A stretch of 64,000 nt of DNA from Eledone cirrhosa (taxonomy: Eukaryota): NCBI GenBank assembly GCA_964016885.1, contig OZ024740.1, forward strand, positions 116,312,001 to 116,376,000. Reading direction: 5' to 3'. Positions within the stretch are counted from its first letter, which is position 1, and each line of letters begins with the position of its first letter. Positions 56,092-64,000 of this stretch are shown here, piece by piece. Below the pieces are notes generated by a model. The model did not search any database, was not told where the DNA came from, and was given only the letters and a program-made list of their open reading frames with translations. The position numbers and the translations under genes were made by a program.

Positions 56092-56136
56092 AACGATGTA
56101 CTAGTTTCAAGCTTGTTAGCTATCATCAGCACCGTT
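56092..56136 (-). ncRNA. Minimal hammerhead ribozyme, family E
   Basis: Reverse complement of the 53856 motif. Confidence 0.85.
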
Positions 56137-56376
56137 TACCCATCTGCCAGATAGTTGAACGTTCGAAAGTATATACTTTCCTTATGAAAATTAACGGCTG
56201 AGCAGCCTAATTTGCATATTGAGTGAGTTAAATCGGTCAGGCATACCGAAAACGATAAATTGAAACAAAATGAAAACGAAATTTCATTTCTCACTCTTAG
56301 TATGGCACTTACTTAAATGTAAGTATGCATGTATACGTACATACATATATGTATACAGACGTACAGTAGCATGCAC

Positions 56377-56407
<31 letters not shown>

Positions 56408-56484
56408 CATATGCATACAGGTACACATACATATATGCACGTATCAGTTTCGGATTTTAATCTTCACATTTATTATTATTACCA

Positions 56485-57750
<1,266 letters not shown>

Positions 57751-58090
57751 GCGCATGAATTAGTGGTTAGAGCATTGGGCTTGCAATCGAAAGGTTGCGT
57801 GTTCAATTTTCGGACCGGGTGATGTGTTGTTTCCTTGAGCAAGACACTTTATTTCACGTTGCTCCAGTTTACTCAGCTGTGGAAATGAGATGCGACGTCG
57901 CTCGTGCCAAGCTGTATCGGCCATTGCCTTTCCCTTGGACCTCATCGGTGGCGTGGAGAGGAGAGACTGGTATGCATGGGTGACTATCGGTCTTCCACAA
58001 ACAACCTTGCCTGGACTGGACTTGTGCCTCGGAGGAAAACTTTCTAGGTGCAAATCCCATGCTCATTCGTGACCGAAGGGGTCTTTACCC
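57751..58090 (+). mobile_element. tRNA-derived SINE family 3; copy ~19058-19338(-)
   Basis: tagtggttag head, ccttgagcaagacactttatttcacgttgctccagt, gccaagctgtatc..gcctttcccttgg body. Confidence 0.65.
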
Positions 58091-58346
58091 TTTTGTACGT
58101 ATACACTTACAACCATATATATATATGGTTGTAAGTGTGAAGAACAAACAGACAAAATTTACCTAATTTTTCCTCGTAGTCCCGAAAGAATTAGATGAAT
58201 AAATAATCAGTTAATCAGACCTATATGTAATCATAAGTGTGAAAAAAAAAAAAATAAAATCTACATATTATTCATCGAGCAAAACTGGTACTGGATAGAC
58301 ACCACTCATATATATGTGATAATACTTATGTATCTATATGTATATG

Positions 58347-58391
<45 letters not shown>

Positions 58392-58576
58392 AGAAAGGGT
58401 TGGTAAGATACCAGGTGGACCATAACGCACCAGAGTACTCGATACTTGGGGTAGTAGCGTGAGTGGGTAATATGAAAAGACTGGTGGCTTAGTTCGGATC
58501 TAGCTGTCGAAACGGCTAGAGCTCAGACGTCGGGGTCCTGAATCTTTTCATATATATATATATATATATATAGGTT

Positions 58577-58897
<321 letters not shown>

Positions 58898-59360
58898 GTT
58901 AAGGTTTTTATGATAATCTTCAATGATGAATGTATTATACATGTGAAAAGAATTTGACGGTACTATCATCAAACCGGACTGTATACCGGACAACTTCACA
59001 GAACCACAATACTAAGACAACCTGACAGATACTTAATATGAAATTTTGTGCAAATAAATGTGTTAGTGGATTAAACTCTTCCTACTGTCATATCATATGA
59101 GAATCTAGAAAAAGGGGGCAATCACTTAACCACCATCCGATAAGTCACCGCAATACTGTCAACACAGCCTAGTCTTACACTGGCTACTTTCATGCTGACT
59201 GTGATGACAATAGTTAAATGGAACTTAATATAACGGTTATGGTGTTTATGATAAATTTAAACTTAAATAATACATACACATATACCTACATACATACATA
59301 CATGCATGCATACACACTCACACATATGCATACATTCATACATACGTACATATATGCATG

Positions 59361-59884
59361 ATGGCTGCCCCCTCGTTATCGAGTATGGCTATTGCACGAT
59401 ATACCATTATTAATAATTATTAATTAATTCTATCGTGCAATGCCTGTGCGTGAAGATATTTTTTTAAGTGAGGAAAGACTGTGCACTGAGCCAATCCCAC
59501 TCTCTGAGCGACAGTAGCTATAACCCGAAAAGAAGAAAAGATGAACATCATCGGTAACTACTGAGCCGCAGGTTTTATATCGGAGTTATCCCAGTTTCCT
59601 GAGTTGCCTTCTCCTAGAAGTATGCCCTGACAAAGGCTAGGGGTCGTTCACTCCCAGTGGTTTAACCGCGCGGTACATATTTACACTTTCAGATGGCCGT
59701 TGACTTTTATGAGTTCTTCCGCCCTTTGTCAGGTTTTGTTTTTTGTCCTGCGGGGTGTCCTAAAATCACCCTCCTCACCAAGTAAACTTGGTGGGGTTGC
59801 CGGTTTAGTCGCCGACGACCCGACCATGCGACAGGTTGTACTGGGTTACATGTTATCAGTAGCACTCAAGTGTGACCCGACAAG
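59361..59884 (-). mobile_element. RTE-derived non-autonomous element (same family as 2666-3060)
   Basis: Shared gacccctagcctttgtca..ggagaagg..ctccgatataa and gccatactcgataacgag..gcagc segments. Confidence 0.55.
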
Positions 59885-59909
59885 ACATATATGCATACAT
59901 ACATACATA

Positions 59910-61308
59910 AATACAATGTGTTTGCTGTGCCTGTCCTAACACCAACGTTTGGAATACTCAATTGGCCGATAGACGAAATCCGAGCAATTGATGTTAGAAC
60001 TCGAAAAATACTAAACAATACCGGAAACTTCCACATAAACAGTGACATAGACCGCCTTTACTTGAAACGTAAGCAGGGAGGCAGAGGCCTAACATCAGTC
60101 CAGACAGCATTTGTGTGTCGCATCATTTCCCTCCGACAACATTTACGAACCTCGAAGCGTAGGAGCCCATCTATCGAGGAACTCTATCTGCATGAAACAG
60201 ATAGATCGTGAGAGTTGGGAAGGAACTCCTTGAAAGATATTCCCTGCATGATAATCAAAAACTCACACCCAGGGAAATTGCCCAGAGTCCCGCACTGAAT
60301 CCATGGATAAAAATCTGCATGCTTATCAGCAAAAGATCATGCATGGAAGCTCCAGAGTGAGAATAATATATATAAGCAAAATAGTCTGTTATATTGGCTC
60401 CCACTTTGAAGGATACGCTTTTGCAATCCAAGAGCAGGAAATCAACACGAAATACCCGACTCACAAAGCACCTAGATGTGACATCAAGTGCAGACTCTGC
60501 AGAATTAACATCGAAGATGTCAACCATGTCATAAGCAGCTGTTCAAAGATGTCATCGCGGTACTATCTACCTATAAGGCATGATGTAGAGGCCAAAACAC
60601 TGTACAATGCAATCCGTAGAAAGGATAGCCCTGACAATAAACACATTAAAAGCTACAGCAATGTGGAAGACATACATATACGTAATATGAAAATGTACTG
60701 GTGGAATGCTCCAGTAAAACCCCAATAAAATGCAGGCATAACAGACCAGATATAATGATATGGGACAAGGAAAAGAAGGTATGCACAGTAGTGGAAATTA
60801 GCTGCCCAGCAGATGCCAATATAATATCAAAGATTAGCGAAACGGAGAATATCTATGCAGAACTAATGAGAAATCTGCACTATACTCTGATTATACTCTG
60901 ACTATGCCTGTGATTATTGGGGCACTGGGGTATGTTAGTAACTGCCTCAATACAAATCTTGAGAAGCTGGGCTTCACAGAAATAGAAAGAACACGACTAG
61001 TTAGGAAATTACGAGTGCAATCCATACATGGAACAGTAAAAATATGTAAAACATTTCGAAAATGCTCCATCTAATTTACACTTGTACAGATACAAAGTAT
61101 ATGCACATGCGCAAATGCGCACATACAACTCAAAACATCCACATCCACACTTACAATAACATCTATACCTGCACACACATGCATGCATGCATGCAGACAT
61201 ATCTACCTAGTTGATGCTGTGTAAATTCCAATGAGAGAGTATTGTGTCTATGTTAGAAACCGGCTCTCTCTATTGGCAAAAATTAGTGAAATTATAAAAC
61301 CAGAAGAA
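59910..61308 (+). mobile_element. 5'-truncated, frameshifted non-LTR retrotransposon, R4/Dong-like (restriction-like endonuclease)
   Basis: RT C-terminus FAVPVL..RLYLKRKQGGRGL; CCHC knuckle CRLC..EDVNHVISSC..RHD; PD-(D/E)xK-like RPDIMIWD..VEISCP; PVIIGALG; flanked by (CATA)n. Confidence 0.85.
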
Positions 61309-61506
61309 CATACATACATACATACATACATACATACATACATACATACAAACACATTCACATATATATATATGTATACACATACATACATGCTTACGAA
61401 TATATATAACTACATACAGGTTTGTATATATATGTGTGAGTGTATGCATATCAGTGTGTGTGTGTGTACAATTTCAAATTAAAATTTCTCTATTTTTTCT
61501 TTCTAG

Positions 61507-61781
61507 ATGGAGTTCAAGTCCAACCGAACATGAATAGTTTGGAAAAAATTATCGTTTATGTTCACGATAGACTTAAAGACTCTGATGATGACCAGTACGC
61601 ACCAGACAATATGTGTGGATATGTTTCTGCATTGAACGATGCTATTTTCCAACCGAAGCTTCATGTACAGTGTATTCGTTCTTTGAGTGGGCGGTATCTA
61701 TCAATTGAAGCTTGGGGCAAGAGTTATACGTTTAACAAACTTTTTAGTGCCACTTTCTGTGAAGTACAAGTTTACGCATAA
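61507..61781 (+). CDS. Exon I (terminal): F-type lectin-like domain C-half
   Basis: ttctag|AT GGA GTT...; LEKIIVYV...CGYV...QCIRSLSGRYLSI...FCEVQVYA*; GRY and CEVQVY are typical of the FTP/fucolectin fold. Confidence 0.9.
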
Positions 61782-62313
61782 ACCTCTAATACATGCAGGA
61801 AGTGAACGATTATTCTTAAATCAATTGAGATCTGACATTTGTCTTAGCTCACCCCCAACAAGTGGAAAAAAAACAAGAGAAAGTGAGTGATAAAAACAAT
61901 GAGCCGTAAAACAAAACAAAATATATATATATATAGCCGGTTGTACCACATTTAGCACCATGTTAAAATATTTCTACTGTTGTGAAAGTCATATACGAAA
62001 CTCATACATTACTTTTATGCATAGATACAAACTGTATTGCATGTATATATGCACGTTCATACGAGTAAACGAATTGGGGAAAAACGGGAGAAATGTTGCT
62101 GGAATTTCGAAATATAGGTGGGATTAATATCCCTATGGATCATTTTACTATGAATTAAACTAATACCACTATGAAATTTATAGTTGGGACATTTTACAGA
62201 GAAGGACATTTTTATCAAGATGGAAGGTTCTAGTACAAAGTTCAATAACAATATGGATTATTATACTCAGCAAAAGAATAATAATCACAAGGGAGCTGTT
62301 TACAAAATGAATC

Positions 62314-62319
62314 AATAAA
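62314..62319 (+). promoter_or_regulatory. Candidate polyadenylation signal
   Basis: AATAAA ~530 nt after the stop codon; unverified in AT-rich DNA. Confidence 0.25.
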
Positions 62320-62711
62320 GTAATAATCTCGAAGGAACGTTTTTCTGAGAAGTAGATTTTATCCAGACGATATAAGTTTACAGATGATCGTCAACGAAAG
62401 ACGAAACCAGCAACAGAACTCAATTATATTTTCCACTTGTTTACTGTTATAAAAGGTGTCTCCACATAAAAATAATTTAAAATATTTGGTTACATGTAAT
62501 CATATTTACAAAAAAAATGTTAAGCACAGCAAAAATGTTTTGTAAATGTTCAGTACAATTTTCGCCAAATATTTTGAACAATTCTACATTTAACATTAAT
62601 ATGCTTTTAAACTAGATTTTGTTTTGTTTTACTTTACCAGTATATATATATGTAAATATTTGTTTGTTTGTGTGTATGTATGTATAAACATATATACATG
62701 TGTATAAATAT

Positions 62712-62779
<68 letters not shown>

Positions 62780-63292
62780 TATTTGTATTTATATATATAT
62801 ATTTATATATATATATGCTATTTGATATATATATATATATTTATATATATATGTATATATATATATATATGTATTTATATTTATGTATATATATATATAC
62901 ATATATATGTATATATATATATATGTATATATATATTTATGTATATATATATGCATATATGTATACATATATGTATGTAAATTTATGTATATATATGTAT
63001 GTGTGTGTGTGTACCCAAAGCCAGAAATGTTTACTCAACAAACCTAAACGGTACATAAAGAACGATTGAAAAAAACACGAAATAACAAAATATAATTCTT
63101 CAAAAGAAGTGTTTCTTACGAATTTCGACATCAGAAGTCTTTTCTATAAGTACTTTAATAGTAAATAATTGTTACTTTTGATCTTCATATTAATGATACA
63201 TATTAATGATATTCGAATACCTTATTCAGTGTTTATATACTCACAAAGCAAATCATAAAATACTGATTATATATATATGTATATATATATAT

Positions 63293-63340
63293 AAAGTATT
63301 TAAAAGCACTGTTTACAATGTCTAAGGTACTATACATAAA

Positions 63341-63410
<70 letters not shown>

Positions 63411-63439
63411 ATTTAAAAGCACTATTTACAATGTCTAGG

Positions 63440-63513
<74 letters not shown>

Positions 63514-63550
63514 ATTTAAAAGCAGTATTTTCAATGTCTAGAGTGCTATA
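63293..63550 (+). repeat. Three ~42-bp units separated by (TA)n
   Basis: aaagtatttaaaagcact.tttacaatgtcta.ggtactata at 63293, 63406, 63509. Confidence 0.85.
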
Positions 63551-63754
63551 TATATATATATATATAACAAAGGAAATGTGGTAAGGAACTAGATGGACCA
63601 TAACGCACCAGAGTACTCAATACTTAGGGTAGTAGAGTGGGAAATAGGAAAAAGTATGACCCCGACGGCAGAGCTCAAGCCGTTTCGACGGCTATTTCTG
63701 GACTGAAATAGCCGTCGAAACGGCTTGAGATCTGCCGTCGGGGTCATACTTTTT

Positions 63755-63801
<47 letters not shown>

Positions 63802-63919
63802 GCGTATGCTGTGTATGTGTATATGTGTGTATGTAAGAAAATCAAACGCATAAATGTCTTCAGTCCAGTCGATTTTGCTAACCTCATTGGCAATATAAAA
63901 TGTGTGTATAGGGAGTATT

Positions 63920-63974
<55 letters not shown>

Positions 63975-64000
63975 ATGTATATATATATATATATATATAT

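Larger units (their letters stand above)
53595..56450. mobile_element. Cluster of family E retrozyme/Penelope-pLTR-like monomers in alternating orientation
   Basis: Copies at ~53595-53798(-, partial), 53800-54195(+), 54848-55312(-), 55330-55783(+), 55851-56450(-), mostly separated by (TA)n. Confidence 0.8.

Noticed and set aside
63293-63550. CRISPR-like repeat-spacer pattern
   Set aside because: Spacers are (TA)n, the context is eukaryotic and there are no cas genes.

Overview
AT-rich, microsatellite-dense eukaryotic genomic DNA. The SINE repertoire and (TA)n/(CA)n density suggest an octopod/coleoid cephalopod (inference). One protein-coding gene is on the + strand: nine GT-AG exons (31038-61781) splice in phase into ~496 aa, giving two discoidin/FA58C domains, a Cys linker and an F-type-lectin-like domain with a degenerate fucose site. 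The 5' exon(s) were not located. The long YI/CV/TH ORFs are microsatellite artefacts. The rest is tRNA-derived SINEs, LINE relics (R4/Dong-like, RTE, CR1-like) and TA-flanked MITEs. Two signals stand out. (1) About ten unrelated families of short non-coding elements sit in (TA)n tracts and carry type-I hammerhead ribozymes, mostly minimal, with compensatory stem changes, U3-A8 core variants and fold-back palindromes that often break at the ribozyme. One family is a circularly permuted ~445-466 nt monomer, consistent with a Penelope-associated retrozyme/circRNA. (2) A ~92% identical antisense copy of a coding exon plus its splice donor lies just upstream of the preceding exon and is a candidate ADAR editing-complementary sequence or splicing switch. 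All folds and alignments were done by eye; repeat boundaries are approximate.
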